63,979 nt of DNA, filler included, from Octopus bimaculoides (GCF_001194135.2; 5 parts of 5 records of this genome joined end to end with filler, not necessarily neighbours in it); one strand, 5' to 3'; numbered from the whole stretch's first letter, positions 50,142 through 63,979 are shown. A program made the numbers and translations. The notes: generated from the letters alone by a model not told the origin.

Positions 50142-53100
50142 TATAGAGGTGTCTAGATATATATTTCGAATAACGATGTGTTCACCAGCTCTCCCAAACA
50201 ATTTCTTTATTTTTGTTGCTCACAATTTCAGATTAAATACTAAACCAATTTCATTGTAGTGATTGTTATTAAAATTATATTCTAAAATTTCAATCTTTCA
50301 TATATGTTCTGTTTAATATTCAAATTAATTTTTACTTAAACTAAGTGTTTTATTCATCCTCACCCACACGTTCATATTTTGCTTCCCTTTCTAGCATTCT
50401 CTCTATTTATTTCTTAACCAGTTTTATTTGAGAACAATTTAAGTTCAATTCTCCTGTAAGTCAAATACACAAATAAATAAAGTACAAGTAAATAGCATTT
50501 TTTCTCTTTTCGTTGCTTTTTTCTTTCCCTTTTATATTTTTTCTTTCCCTTTTGTCTTCACTTAATCTACCCCTAGCAGTTTAAGTAACCTCTAAAAGTT
50601 CATCAACCTCTAGAAAGTAATTACCTCCAGAAATGTTAAATACGATTTAATTTCGTGCTTTTTCATTCAAAGTTATATCGAAGCAGATTTTTGATTTTCA
50701 TGATCCCAGGGCGACAAAATTGTTACCAGTTATACAATGGGGTTAGTTGTATGGGCAATGCATCTCTATAAATGTCAATGCAAAGATTTATCATGAATGA
50801 GTCTCGAATGCACTCAGCACCATAGCTGAAGACACCTCTGAAAGTGGGGGAGGGGCGCCACGGCGAAGGTAGTAGTGGAGTAGGGGCCGAAACCGGACGT
50901 GGTTCCTCCTAGTCGTCCCACCCGGTAGAAATAGAAGAAAAATCTTCAAACCAACCCTTGTTATCTTCCAAAATTGTTACCATGACTTTCTGTACCGGTC
51001 TCTGGCTACCGAACTTCTTAGGCTTTAGAGAAGAGGTATTATGCCATTTCATGAGCTGAGCTTTCGTTTCCTAGTCATAAGTATACGGTCACGTTTCATC
51101 CACTGTCACAAGAGCAAAAACAAAAAGAAAAAAAACTCAAACTTGTCTTCAACGGCTTCAAACACTTTCAGAAGAGGAGGGCAAACATCTACACTTTTTC
51201 CCTTCAAAACAGAAATGTGTGTATATTTGTGTATGTATATATATGGAGATAGGGCATGTTTGTGTGTATCTATGTATATGACCGATAGAGAAAGAGAGAG
51301 AGAGAGAGGGTACAAGGAGAAGGAGAGAGAGACTGATAGACTGAAAGAATGAGGGAGAGAAATATTATACATCAGTATGTCAATGAAACAGATATAGAGG
51401 TGGAAGGAAAGTGTGAGAGAAAGAGAGAGAAAGAGAGCGAGAAAGAGAGAAAAGAGGAGAAAGGAGACACACACACTTACATGCAGGTATACATACAAGC
51501 ACACGTATGTGTACACACGCACACATAGAAACACACTAACACAATCCAACCTAAGACGTACCATGTCCACATTTTGCTTTTTCTTCCGCTACTATTTTGG
51601 CCTCTGCTCGTCGCAGTATTCCTAACTCACACCACCCATTCTACCGCAACCGTGCCGAGGTCCATACAAGCCACACATCCAATCTTTCTACACTAGAATT
51701 TTGGGGCTCCAGAATTCCTTTCTTGAAGTCACCGACTTGAAGGCTAAANNNNNNNNNNNNNNNNNNNNNNNNNNNNNNNNNNNNNNNNNNNNNNNNNNNN
51801 NNNNNNNNNNNNNNNNNNNNNNNNNNNNNNNNNNNNNNNNNNNNNNNNNNNNNNNNNNNNNNNNNNNNNNNNNNNNNNNNNNNNNNNNNNNNNNNNNNNN
51901 NNNNNNNNNNNNNNNNNNNNNNNNNNNNNNNNNNNNNNNNNNNNNNNNNNNNNNNNNNNNNNNNNNNNNNNNNNNNNNNNNNNNNNNNNNNNNNNNNNNN
52001 NNNNNNNNNNNNNNCATGAAACGTGTACAACAAAAAATACGAAGCACGAGTACATGGAACATGAGCCATTCTTTCCAACAACGAAAGACACAAATGGAGA
52101 ACAATTTGGAACATTTAACAGCAATATACGCTTTCGATAAAACAGATGCTCCCGCAAAGCAAATTAAATAAAATTTGGAATTTTGCGGAGGGTCAAAATA
52201 GGTAACACAAACAGGAAGGGCTGCTAAGCCTAAACGAGGTTGTGGTGGCGAACGCGTAAACCAGGCGTGGACAGGACACAAACAAGAACACGTTTTCCTT
52301 GTTCCAGCTACAATGGAGGGAAAGAAACACAAGTCAGGAGAAGAAAGATGGCTTTTTACTCTTTTTACTCTTTCGTTTTTCTCTCTTTCTCCTCTCTTAT
52401 TCTTTTACCTCCTCTTCTTCCACTATTCTTTCCAATTACTCTGTCACTCTCTCTCCCNNNNNNNNNNNNNNNNNNNNNNNNNNNNNNNNNNNNNNNNNNN
52501 NNNNNNNNNNNNNNNNNNNNNNNNNNNNNNNNNNNNNNNNNNNNNNNNNNNNNNNNNNNNNNNNNNNNNNNNNNNNNNNNNNNNNNNNNNNNNNNNNNNN
52601 NNNNNNNNNNNNNNNNNNNNNNNNNNNNNNNNNNNNNNNNNNNNNNNNNNNNNNNNNNNNNNNNNNNNNNNNNNNNNNNNNNNNNNNNNNNNNNNNNNNN
52701 NNNNNNNNNNNNNNNNNNNNNNNNNNNNNNNNNNNNNNNNNNNNNNNNNNNNNNNNNNNNNNNNNNNNNNNNNNNNNNNNNNNNNNNNNNNNNNNNNNNN
52801 NNNNNNNNNNNNNNNNNNNNNNNNNNNNNNNNNNNNNNNNNNNNNNNNNNNNNNNNNNNNNNNNNNNNNNNNNNNNNNNNNNNNNNNNNNNNNNNNNNNN
52901 NNNNNNNNNNNNNNNNNNNNNNNNNNNNNNNNNNNNNNNNNNNNNNNNNNNNNNNNNNNNNNNNNNNNNNNNNNNNNNNNNNNNNNNNNNNNNNNNNNNN
53001 NNNNNNNNNNNNNNNNNNNNNNNNNNNNNNNNNNNNNNNNNNNNNNNNNNNNNNNNNNNNNNNNNNNNNNNNNNNNNNNNNNNNNNNNNNNNNNNNNNNN

Positions 53101-53454
53101 NNNNNNNNNNNNNNNNNNNNNNNNNNNNNNNNNNNNNNNNNNNNNNNNNNNNNNNNNNNNNNNNNNNNNNNNNNNNNNNNNNNNNNNNNNNNNNNNNNNN
53201 NNNNNNNNNNNNNNNNNNNNNNNNNNNNNNNNNNNNNNNNNNNNNNNNNNNNNNNNNNNNNNNNNNNNNNNNNNNNNNNNNNNNNNNNNNNNNNNNNNNN
53301 NNNNNNNNNNNNNNNNNNNNNNNNNNNNNNNNNNNNNNNNNNNNNNNNNNNNNNNNNNNNNNNNNNNATATATATATATATATATATAAATATGTATGTG
53401 TGTATATGTATATATGTATTTAGGTATATATGTCTGTATGTATGTGTGTTCCGC

Positions 53455-54200
53455 TAAGGTGAGCATTTTCCTTATCTTGGTAGTCTCCTGTCCGTCCAAT
53501 GTACATCAAAGGATGTAGAAAAGAGAATCCAAGCAGCACACTCAGTCTTTGGGAAGCTCTTCCGTGGAGTCTTTGGGACCAGTAGTTTTACTATGCAAAC
53601 CAAAATGATGGTGTACAATACCATAGTTGTATCTACCCTGCGGTATGACTGTAAGACGTGGTCCCAGTACCGCCATGATTGAAAAAGCTTGAAAAATTTC
53701 AACAAAAGAAACTCCAGTCTATCTTGAACATCGAATCGGAGCAACATTGACGTACTACAGAGAGCGAAACAAATTAGCATGGAGGCCACGATCATCAAGC
53801 ATCACCTCAGATGGGTCGTATGGGGGAAAACAAGATTCGATAGATATTCCTATCTGGGGAGCTGGACAATGGGAGACGATCTCATACAGGGCCCTGCGAC
53901 GCTACAAAGATAAACTGAAGGGAACTCTGAAGTGTACTGGTATAGATCAGACTTCCTGGGAAATGTCAGCCGACCAACACACTGTTTGGCGTAATTCTTT
54001 TGGCCGAAGCAGAACGGATATTAGAATGAAACGACAACGTAGGAAAGACAGAACAACCCAACCTCCACTAATACCTACAATCCAATATGATTCTTGCTAT
54101 AAGGGCTGTTTAGAGCAAGAATTGGGCTTACTAACCCTCAAGAAGCCCAACATCCCCTACAGCACAAATTATCTCCCATTACTTCACTGAAATGTAATAA
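53455..54200 (+). mobile_element. RTE-clade LINE 3' fragment
   Basis: FPYLGSLLS; TKMMVYNTIVVSTLRY; RRYKDKLKGTLKCTGIDQTSWEMSA; ends in a gtaataat-like tail. Confidence 0.85.
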
Positions 54201-54234
54201 ATACTCGGAAACGAGACCTTACCGGCGACGACGA

Positions 54235-54520
54235 CAATGCATGGGTGTGTTAGCGGGTTGTACTCATGATCGCAAGATCATGGTTTCGATTCCCAGGCCT
54301 GCGGTGCGTTGTATTCTTGAGCAAAACACTTCATTTCACATAGCTCAAATCCACATAGTTGTAAATTGGTAACCCTGCGAAGGACTGGCATTTCGTTCGG
54401 AGGGCGGGGGATTAGGGTCCACCCACTTATCCAGTGGGATGGCATCATTTGAAAGCTACAATGCGAGGTAGCGCATTGTGAGCAGCGGTGTGTAACTACA
54501 TCTGATAGTCTGGTCGATAC
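54235..54520 (+). mobile_element. tRNA-derived SINE (same family as 58000-58310 and 58868-59200)
   Basis: tRNA-like head with B-box-like GTTTCGATTCCC; shared ttcttgagcaa..tttcac core. Confidence 0.7.
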
Positions 54521-56277
54521 AGTGATACAATATATCTTTTATCTTTTACTTTTTCCAGTCACTGGGCTGCGACCATGCTGGGGCACCGCCTTACGGGGTT
54601 TAGTCGACCCCCGTAAGTATTTTCTGTGTCTGTTATACCACCATCTCTTTTGCCGAACTGCTAGTTTATTGGGATAGAAACAAACCAACACCAGTTGTCA
54701 AGCATTGGTAAGGGACACAAATACAAGTACAAAGACTCGCACCGACATACACATCTATAAACATACATACCTGCACACACACACACACACACACACACGT
54801 TCATATATGTATGGGTATGTGAGTGTGTGTGTATGTATGTGTGCGCGCGCGTATTGTACGTGGATAGATATGTATGTATATGTGTGTATGTTTGTGTGTC
54901 TGTGTATGTATGTATATATGGATATGTATACGGGTAAAGTGTATGTATGTATATATGAATATGTATACGGGTAATATAGTACAGTACAACGCAATTAATG
55001 GTTTGATCCCCAAATACAATGTAACTAAGTGACTCTACCAAATTAAGGGTAGATATGAAATAAAAGTAAGAACTGAGAACAAAATAAATAACTAAGCATT
55101 TAGTAGGAACAGATGAGGGTCAAGTTTTTATATGAAAACCATAGAAAAAAAAATGATAATAGCAAAGAATGATAAAATATCAAAATATTAATAAATTTTT
55201 TTTCAGTAAAGGGACTTGTAAGAATTCCTAGGAGGTTTGATGGCTGAACTGAGATCTCTATTAGCAAAGTAANNNNNNNNNNTATATATACACATAGATA
55301 AGAATGAGAGAGGTAGAGTGGTTATGAACACAAAGGTATGAAAGAAAGCAAACCGGAAAAGTAGCAAGCTTTATGTTGAAAAAAAAGGGGGAAGGGATTT
55401 ATTTGTATAGTGGGAGGAGGCAGTTGTGAGAAAAGAAGTGTGGGGGATAGAAAAGGAGGGTAAGACAGATAGAGAGCGAGAGAGAGAGAGAGATAGGGAG
55501 AGAGAGAGAGAGAGAAAGAGAGAGAGTGAGAGAGAGAGAAAGAGAAGGGGATATATCAAGAAATCACTGAAATAAGGTTAAAAGTGGGAGAGAGAAAATA
55601 GCGATAAAGGGGTAGACGCATTATGTACAATTTGATCATATATATATGATCAAATTGTANNNNNNNNNNNNNNNNNNNNNNNNNNNNNNNNNNNNNNNNN
55701 NNNTTAATTAATTAANNNNNNNNNNNNNNNNNNNNNNNNNNNNNNNNNNNNNNNNNNNNTTAGGCTTCATTGTTCAGAAGTTGACACACAAACAAGAATA
55801 GCAGAGACCAAAAGATCTCGTAGGAGCACTACTTTCCCTATTTGTCTATTATTTTAGTGCTCATCCACTAAAATCACTTTGTAGACGCAGCTTAATATTT
55901 TCTAAAATTTAAGTTCAAATAAAATATTTTCAAATTGTATTTGATAAAATGTATTGCTTGATTACACACTATGAAATGGGGTCTCGAATGAAAACTAAAG
56001 GTCACGAATAAAATGATGGCCCGTGTAAACAGTATAATATAGATATTAAGGAAGTTCAGCTCATCTATCATGAAGCTCCGACACTATGGGACCAATTCTA
56101 ATCAAACAGGAACACAATTATTAGACCTAACGAAGTCAGTTATGTGTTTTTAATGCATAAACTGTCTGTCTTAAAGCTAACCGTGAGTATTGAAATAAAA
56201 CACAACCCAGTATAGGAAATGAAAAAAAATCTTGAAGATGATTGTGTGGTTAAGAAGCACACTGTCGACACAAAACA

Positions 56278-57199
56278 TGTAATATAACATAAGAGGGCTC
56301 GCATGTGAGATGCGAGCAAGTGCCAGCAAGGAAAGAGAGAGACATAACCGTTAGATATATATAGAGAGTAAGTTTTATTAGGGTAGTCAACTGTGTGTGC
56401 GTGCATGCGGCAATATAAATAACCCAATATGTATGACGGACCGTCGTGCATGCGAGAGTGTGTATACAATATGTGTGTGTGAGTGAATGAGAAATACAGA
56501 GCACGGAATAAGAGTCTGTAACATAGACTATAAGAGCCCGGAACACAAAGATAGAGAAATACCAGTTCATAGAAGAGTTACACAGTAGGTAGAATGTCTG
56601 TACACAAGAGGTCGTGGCCGAATAGCAGAGCTGAGGTGTTACATGTTGTGTGTGAAGTTGAGCGTCGATGGTGCGACCGGTTACTTGGTACAGAATATCC
56701 TCGCAGGATGTTCTGGCTGTTTTTTCGAAGTGGAAACAATCCACACTAACAGTGTTGAGAAGGAACCGCGGTTGTTGTTGGTAGCGTGTACACTGGTGGT
56801 GGTGTTGGCGCTGGCGACGGGACTGTAGTAGACAGTAGATCGGTGGTGTCGACGTCGTCGCTGGAAACTGGCTGGAGTTGTGTTCTGTGAGATGGTCAAC
56901 GACCAGACCTGTAAGAGGTCTGAAATCGAAGACAAACTGGCGTGGATGAAGCAGGGCTATTTATAGATAAAAAGGGGCTCCAGAAACAGCAGAAAACACT
57001 CTCTCACGTGACCTTAACAGAAGGCCACGATTGATTGATATTCACCCTGGCGCGAAACAGAACTGGAGACAAATGCCGCGCAAATAAGAGCCAATCAGGG
57101 TGATGGACACAGTAGGGTCCAAACGGGTCGAAGGCTGGATGTTAGCCGCTTCGTTATCATTCGTAAATAAATACCCGAGAGAGAGGTTTCACTACAACA
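56278..57199 (-). mobile_element. LTR-like block (solo LTR candidate) with Pol II core promoter
   Basis: Minus strand reads TGTTGTAG...ATATTACA, with CCAAT and E2F-like motifs, TATAAATAG about 28 nt before an Inr-like CCAGTTT, and a downstream AATAAA. No TSD found. Confidence 0.45.
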
Positions 57200-57309
57200 C
57201 TTTGCAATTACGCATCGTCGAGTTTAGTCCCACAGTGTGACACCTTGAGAAAGTGTCTTCTACAACATCTACGGGTCGACCAAGTGAATCTGATCGACAG
57301 AAACTCTAT

Positions 57310-57610
57310 GGAAAAAGACCTGCGGCGCTTGTACAACCACAGGTCCTCTTTCAGGATTCCGGACAGACGATTCGTTACATCCTTGGCAAGCCAAGTGTGA
57401 CGCCTCAAAGACGAAGGGACCCCATACGATTTCAAGTGGAAGATCATAGAGCAGTTGGGATCCTATATTAACGGGAGCGGACGTGGCAAGATTTACATAG
57501 CTAAGCGAGCAAGGATCCTCAAAGACTCCTTGAAACCAAGATTACTGAACTCTCGGCAAGAATTTACAGTCCCTGCATCCATTTCAAATGCTGCAAGCAT
57601 GTGATTCTCC
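57310..57610 (+). mobile_element. Degenerate Penelope-like GIY-YIG fragment
   Basis: RLYNHRSSFR...TSLASQV*RLKDEGTPYDFKWKII...LLNSRQE. Confidence 0.75.
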
Positions 57611-57999
57611 ATTCATCGATTAGAGCCGAGAAGGTCCTTTCGAGCTAAAAGCAACTTAAGGGCGAAATTCCATGTTCCCCCACTTTTGACCCCCATAGAC
57701 TGGTCTAAGGCACATAATATGTCCTCGCTGACCCGGATTGTTTATTCATTGTTTACTTACTAACTGACTGTAGCGGATTTCTACCTCCCAGAATTGAAGA
57801 GTTATGTGCATTCGGCTTTAGAGTCTAACGAGTTGACCATGGGGCTTTTAGCCCTTGGTGGGCCGAAACTATTAGTCACTCTGTGACCTGCATATAAATA
57901 CATTACTGCTCTATACTTTAGAGTGTTCTTTTTTTCGGGATATATGATAAATTGTCGATACACACACGCACACACACACACACAAGCACACATATATGA

Positions 58000-59200
58000 A
58001 GGAGCATGGCGCAGTGGTTAGAGCGTTGGGCTCACAATCATGTGTTAGTGAGTTCGATTCCCGGACCAGGCTCTGTGTTGCCTTTATGAGCAACACACCT
58101 TATTTCACGTTGCTTCAGTTCACTCATGAGACGAAATGAGTTGTGACGTCACTGGTTCCAAGCTGTATCGACCTTTCCTTTCTCTTGGATAACATTGGTG
58201 GCGTGGAGAGGGGAGGCTGGTCTTCCATAAACAATCTTGCCCAGACTTGTGCCTTGGAGAGTAATTTTCTAGGTGCAATCCCATGATCATTCATACCCGA
58301 ATAGGTCTTTACTCTTTATATCTATATTTATATTTATATTGCTTACCAACCAAATGGTAAATTATAATTTACTCCATGATCGAAACTGCAGTTTTTCTGC
58401 GGGATAGGTCGTAACACACACGTGGGTATAAAAGATAAATATGTATCACATTCGGCTGTATATTTTTGGAGTGTGGTTGAATATTAGTTATGCGATGACG
58501 CTTGATCGCATACATATTTAATCCTAACACTCGCAAATTTATAACTCGGAGTATCACATTGAGGAATATAATAGGTAAATACATTGAGTAATATAATAGG
58601 TAAATGTAATTTACTTAAAATTCGAAACGCGTCTGTGATTAACCGAAGTCGTGTGGATTCATCATTTTTCTTTTGCCTACATAAAGAGTGTGTTATTGTC
58701 TCGGAGATTTTTATGGTAGTTGAAAAGACATTAGCGCCTATTTTTAATTCAGTACGTGGCGAGGCACTTAGCTGACCCCTGATTATAATTATGTATATAA
58801 TTATAGAATATTTTACACATACATACATACATACATACATATGTGTGTGTGCGCGTGTGTATGTGAAGACGCATGGCTCGGTGGTTAGAGCGTCGAGCTT
58901 ACGTCGCGAGGTTGTGAGTTTGAATCCCGGACCGGGCTGCGTGTTGTGTTCTTGAGCAAGACACTTAATTTCACGTTGCTCCAGTTCACTCAGCTGTAGA
59001 AATGAATTGCGACGTCACTGGTGCCAAGCTGTATCGGCCTTTGCCTTTCCCTTGGATAACATCAGTGGTGTGAAGAGGAGAGGCTGGTATGCACGGGCGA
59101 CTGCTAGTCTTCCATAAAAGCAACTTTGCCCGGACTTGTGCTTGGGAGGGTAAATTTCTAGGTGCAATCCCATGGTCAGTCATGACCGAAGTGGGTCTCA
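58000..59200 (+). mobile_element. Two tRNA-derived SINE copies (58000-58310, 58868-59200)
   Basis: gcatggc(g/t)c(a/g)gtggttagagcg heads; ~300-bp mutually similar bodies. Confidence 0.85.
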
Positions 59201-59292
59201 TCATCATATATATATATATATATGCTGTTCGGCAAAGAGACCCCGATAGAATAAGTAAAAACCAGGCCTAAAAAAAGTAAAACAAATACAGG

Positions 59293-59497
59293 GGATAATT
59301 TGTTTTAGTAAGCCAATTGTTCTGAACTGTGGTCCGCATGGTCCTAGTGGGTTCATATAAGATTTTGCTGTTAAAATTTATTAGTTATAAAAATATAATA
59401 GAACTAATTTTTAACATTGAATGGGTATGGGAGTCCAGAAGAGTAAAATTGGAACCGAAGGGGTTCACAAGTTAAAAATGATTGAGAAACATTGGAC
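59293..59497. mobile_element. Small hAT-type MITE inserted in a SINE tail
   Basis: Ends ccaattgttctgaac and gattgagaaacattgg resemble CAGTGTTTCTCAA-type TIRs; the SINE sequence resumes afterwards. Confidence 0.45.
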
Positions 59498-60428
59498 TAA
59501 ACCTTCAAGGTGGTGCTGCATCATGGCCGTAGTCTCTGAAACAAGTAAATGATACAAATCTTGCCCACAAGCCAACAATGGAATCCTCAAAGTGGTCATT
59601 CAACCACTTAGAAATAGCAGCTAAATCTCCCTCAATTAAACACTCAACGGTATTATGCAAAGGCAGGCTACATTAGATAATGTAGTGTTGGACATACACT
59701 ATGTTTAAATAGAAAACGGGATGGTCATGGCAAGAATTCTTTTCATTTAGGATTAGGACTGACAACAAGAACATCCGATATCTAACAATTTATTCATTTA
59801 CACATGCAATATTCATATACATACATATCGATACAATGACAAACGCACACGCGCACGCACACATACACACACACATCCACTCACAAACGCTCTCAAACAC
59901 TCACGCAAATACGCGCACACACTTAGGCTCACAGTGTCCAGTAAATACGACATATGGCATCTCGTGCTGGTTACTTGTCATCCGTAGTAACCAACAATAG
60001 CGTCATGGAGCAACTGACTGTTGCCATGGTAATACACAGTCGTCGCTCTTTTCATGTAATACCTTCTGTATGGACATGCATAGGAATTACACACACGCGC
60101 ACACACGCACACACACACACACACACACAAACAAACACACACACGAATATACAAGCCAACATAACGACATGCAAACATTTATAGTCAGTTACACACAAAA
60201 ACATATATACACTCAAGACTTGTATATTTATTTATTAGCAATGACACGTCACCGATGCCTTTTTTTGAGTTGTTCATGCCAACATTCATGATAAAAACGG
60301 CTGGTCCAGCCTTACGGAGTTCATTAACCGCAGTTACAACATTAGTAGTGGTGGTATCAGAGTGTAAACATATCAAACACATCTGTCTGTTTGTCTGGAA
60401 AATGCATCTTTCTATCATCCATCTATCC

Positions 60429-60481
<53 letters not shown>

Positions 60482-60482
60482 C

Positions 60483-60525
<43 letters not shown>

Positions 60526-61426
60526 NNNNNNNNNNNNNNNNNNNNNNNNNNNNNNNNNNNNNNNNNNNNTTAATTAATTAANNNNNNNNNNNNNNNNNNN
60601 NNNNNNNNNNNNNNNNNNNNNNNNNATATATATATATATATATATACAATGATTACGCGCACATACACGCAATGATTACGCACACATACACGCAGACGCA
60701 CACAAGCACACATCTGTACGTTAATTATTATTGTTATTATTTGTGTTAGCAGTAATATCATTAAAAATGTCACGTACACATATTAGAAATGCCACGTACA
60801 CATTGGTCATAGAAATACAGATGAAAGTATTCAATACTTTGGCAGAAGAGCGTATTTATGTCAAATTGAGGAATCCAATAGAACTGAATTTCTCATATCT
60901 GCCTATCTAGCTAGCTAGTTATTTACTTATTTATTTATTTTGTTCGAGTCCCTCTCTTACGTTTCTGATCTTCAACAGAGTAACAAGAGACTGACTTGAC
61001 CAAAATAAAAATATCAATCTCAACTATGGTATCGAGTACTCTTAACCGCACATTCATTCCTGTGTCTATCTGCCTATGTTATTGTTATTTATAAAATTAT
61101 TCCTAAGACTCTTTTGTAACTTAGTGCAAAACGTGTGAATTGAAAATGAAATTGCAAAGTTACGAAACCTAAGACTAATAAATTTAGGAATATCATTGTT
61201 CCAAATCAAATATGAAAAAAAAGACTAATAAAAAGAAATATGAAAACTCTTAATGAAATTTGAATATAACCGTATTTTTAATATGACTTGTTTGAAAGAA
61301 AAGTTTTTCCTTAATCACACATGTATACATAATCATCGTTATAATGAAATGAAATCTGTCTGTAACATAACCTTCAGTTTGGTTCGTAACTCCTCGTACC
61401 TCGCTCTCTCCCTATGTATGTATGCA

Positions 61427-61706
61427 CAGTATCTCACAGAAGTATGTACACCCCTAAAAATTTTCAGTAAAATTGTCATTACTCTGATAATATCGAAAGA
61501 AATCAAACAAAATTGATACTGAATAAAATATATTTCGTCCATATCTTTGAAAACGTATATTGTTTTGTGTTCCAAATTTGTATAATGTTTGCATGTATAA
61601 TATATTTTATTCAGTATAAATTTCGTTTGATTTCCTTCGATATTATCAGAGTAATGGCAATTTTACTGAAATTTTTTATGGGTGTACTTACTTCTGTGAG
61701 AATAAA
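61427..61706. mobile_element. Tc1-type MITE with ~120-bp inverted arms
   Basis: cagtatctcacagaagtatgtacacccc...cagtaaaattgtcattactctgataatatcgaa is mirrored at 61600-61706. Confidence 0.8.
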
Positions 61707-61997
61707 TACTTTTCTCTGTAAAATTTTCAAAAGTTACTTTCTTTACAGTCCGAAATGCCACGTATCTATCTACCTTTCACTGTTTTTACAACTTAGACGA
61801 CTCACAAGCACAGTCCGCATCAGTTTCGTCCATTCGATCATTTCAGAAAATATTTGAATGATCACTTTCTTACAACCATTTTAAAATTCATTTTATTGTT
61901 GAACAGATTGTCGTAAATGAAGAGCGTGGAGTTTCGCAATGTCAAACAAGAGACACAGTGGCCCCTGCATATACCTCAATCTTTCACAGAATACACT

Positions 61998-62063
<66 letters not shown>

Positions 62064-62899
62064 TCTCTCTCTATCTATCTCTGTCTATCCATCCATCTAT
62101 AGCTTCCTTTCTTTGTCTCTCCCGCTCTCACTCTTTCTTTCTCTCTCCCTATGTATGAATTTGTGTGTATGTGTGTGTGTTTGTGTGTGTGTGCACTCGT
62201 GTCTACACAAACACTCACATACATATATTTCTCAACGTGATCGTTAAAGACATTAAGCTACTCTATGAATAACTATTCGTTTCAACTCTCTGTTAAATTT
62301 TAATAAGTTACTTTCTTTACAATACTACTAACATGTTCACACATAGTCAGTTGTATGATGTTTTCAACAGAGTCGCAGATACATCAGACGTAAAACTTTA
62401 TGCTGGTTAAAGTCAATCACTTTATTCTACCAAGAGGATCTCACAGGAATCCCAATTATAAAAATGTTAAATTTGCTAAAAATATTGTATGCTCAGACAT
62501 TGATTGTCAAAATTTCCTGTCTGCGCTTTGTTGTATATAATCTATACAAAAATAAAAACGGATAAAAAGTAATATGTCTTTTGATCTATTGAATGTTTCT
62601 TTTATTTCAATATTGTTTTACGTTCTATTACTTTATTTATTGAATATATATNNNNNNNNNNNNNNNNNNNNNNNNNNNNNNNNNNNNNNNNNNNNTTAAT
62701 TAATTAANNNNNNNNNNNNNNNNNNNNNNNNNNNNNNNNNNNNNNNNNNNNCACAGGACAGGGAGTGGAAACCTTTAGAAATAGCAGTTCACAAACACCT
62801 TTAAGTAGAAAGCTTAGAAAAAATAGTTGATAAATAGAATTGAGGGCAGTAGAGACATACAACTGGAGCTATAACATAATAAATAATAGGAACAAGTAA

Positions 62900-63320
62900 T
62901 TAGACCTTTGTAATTGTGCCATGACTACAGTATACTCCTTAGACTCTAGATGTTTGATGAAGAACCTAGTGTACAGATGCAAAGTAACCTCTGAGGGAAG
63001 GACGTATCTCTATATAGGAGCCATTTCCCTAAATTTCAAAATGAGGCTGGCTAATTACTTAAATTCATTTAGGGGTAGAAGTAAAATGAATAGCACGAGT
63101 CTAAGCAAACTAAGTTGGTCCATTAAAGATAGGAACCATAGCTATACCATGAAGTGAGAAATAATCATTACAACTAAACCATATCGTACTGGAGGAGGTA
63201 GATGTGAGTTGTGTACAGAGGAAATCTACCAAATGTTCACATCTCGACACTAATCACTTAATACCAGGCTAGAACAGGCCCTTCGATGTTTGCATAAACA
63301 TACCAAAACACTTAAGAAAT
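62900..63320 (+). mobile_element. Penelope-like GIY-YIG endonuclease pseudogene with Cys-rich linker
   Basis: CLMKNLVYRCKV...LYIGAISLNFKMRLANYLNSF...STSLSKLSWSIKD...*EII...KPYRTGGGRCELCTEE. Confidence 0.88.
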
Positions 63321-63979
63321 TTAAGGTAAGCTATAGGCAACTCAACGTCTCACTCACAGTTAGGTGAAAAAGGAACGATTGAAAAACATATCCTAAACTC
63401 AAAAATTTCATGGCCCTCCATAACCAACCTAGCATATATTCTACTGACTTTATACTGCCAAACATAGACAACACAACCAGTAAATATATGAATGAGTAAA
63501 AATATTGCATGACAAGCAATACGCTTCAATATAAGGTTGTCAGGTACCTAACTACTCCAGTACAGAAACAGGCATGCCAAAAGAATAACATGAACCTTGG
63601 TCTAGTTAGATAGAACATTGACTCCGGACAGCAACGGCTGTGAAACAGAGATCAACCGCAGAAGCTTACAAACAGATCAGATTTCAGTTTCAAAACAATC
63701 TTCCACTACCTCCCACTGAACCCTAACTAAAACAACTAACTGAATATTCAATTCGCTTCGAAACTGGCCGAATGGACAGACCCGGAGGAAGCTGCACAGA
63801 AAATCATCCCCGGTTGCATGTGAAGCTGCTCGTACTTTGTGCAGTGGAAACAGGTGTAGGCTGTAACAACCATAAAAATATGCTGTGTGTAATTATAAAA
63901 CAAGAGGAAATAAACTTTGAGAATGGACAAGTCTCCATATTTTATATCAATATATATATAGTATGTATGTATATATATA

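Noticed and set aside
55626-55659. Perfect 34-bp palindrome
   Set aside because: It ends exactly at a scaffold gap, so it is probably a read or assembly fold-back artefact.
56250-56935. Several overlapping ORFs, one Thr/Pro-rich, as a possible third mucin gene
   Set aside because: No signal peptide plus TM in one frame; better explained as LTR-like sequence.
58000-58080. tRNA-like heads as tRNA genes (also 58868, 54235)
   Set aside because: They continue into shared SINE bodies and lack a complete cloverleaf.
1-63979. CRISPR arrays, operons or prokaryotic defence systems
   Set aside because: The DNA is eukaryotic and no regular repeat-spacer array is present.

Overview
Repeat-rich, AT-rich animal genomic DNA from a gapped draft assembly. 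The SINE families and the microsatellite density suggest an octopod cephalopod (Octopus-like); this is an inference from recognition, not a database result. Most ORF-track entries are microsatellite, N-gap or antisense artefacts. Only two credible host coding regions are visible, both minus-strand orphan type-I membrane mucin-like proteins: 34393-35040 and 49422-50141. Each has a signal peptide, a Ser/Thr- and N-glycan-rich ectodomain, one transmembrane helix and a tiny tail. The rest is transposon debris: maT, mariner, Tc1 and hAT DNA elements; R4/Dong-like and RTE LINEs; Penelope-like GIY-YIG fragments with inverted repeats carrying hammerhead ribozyme cores; several SINE families; and one LTR-like promoter block. 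The most notable observation is a family of about 1.5 kb RT-less retroelements, with six copies or fragments in three or four divergent subfamilies. They encode a Tx1/L1-type ORF1 (RRM-like region plus CCHC knuckle) and a conserved ~95-aa ORF of unknown function. They repeatedly sit at the same ~15-bp site between the A and B boxes of one tRNA-derived SINE.
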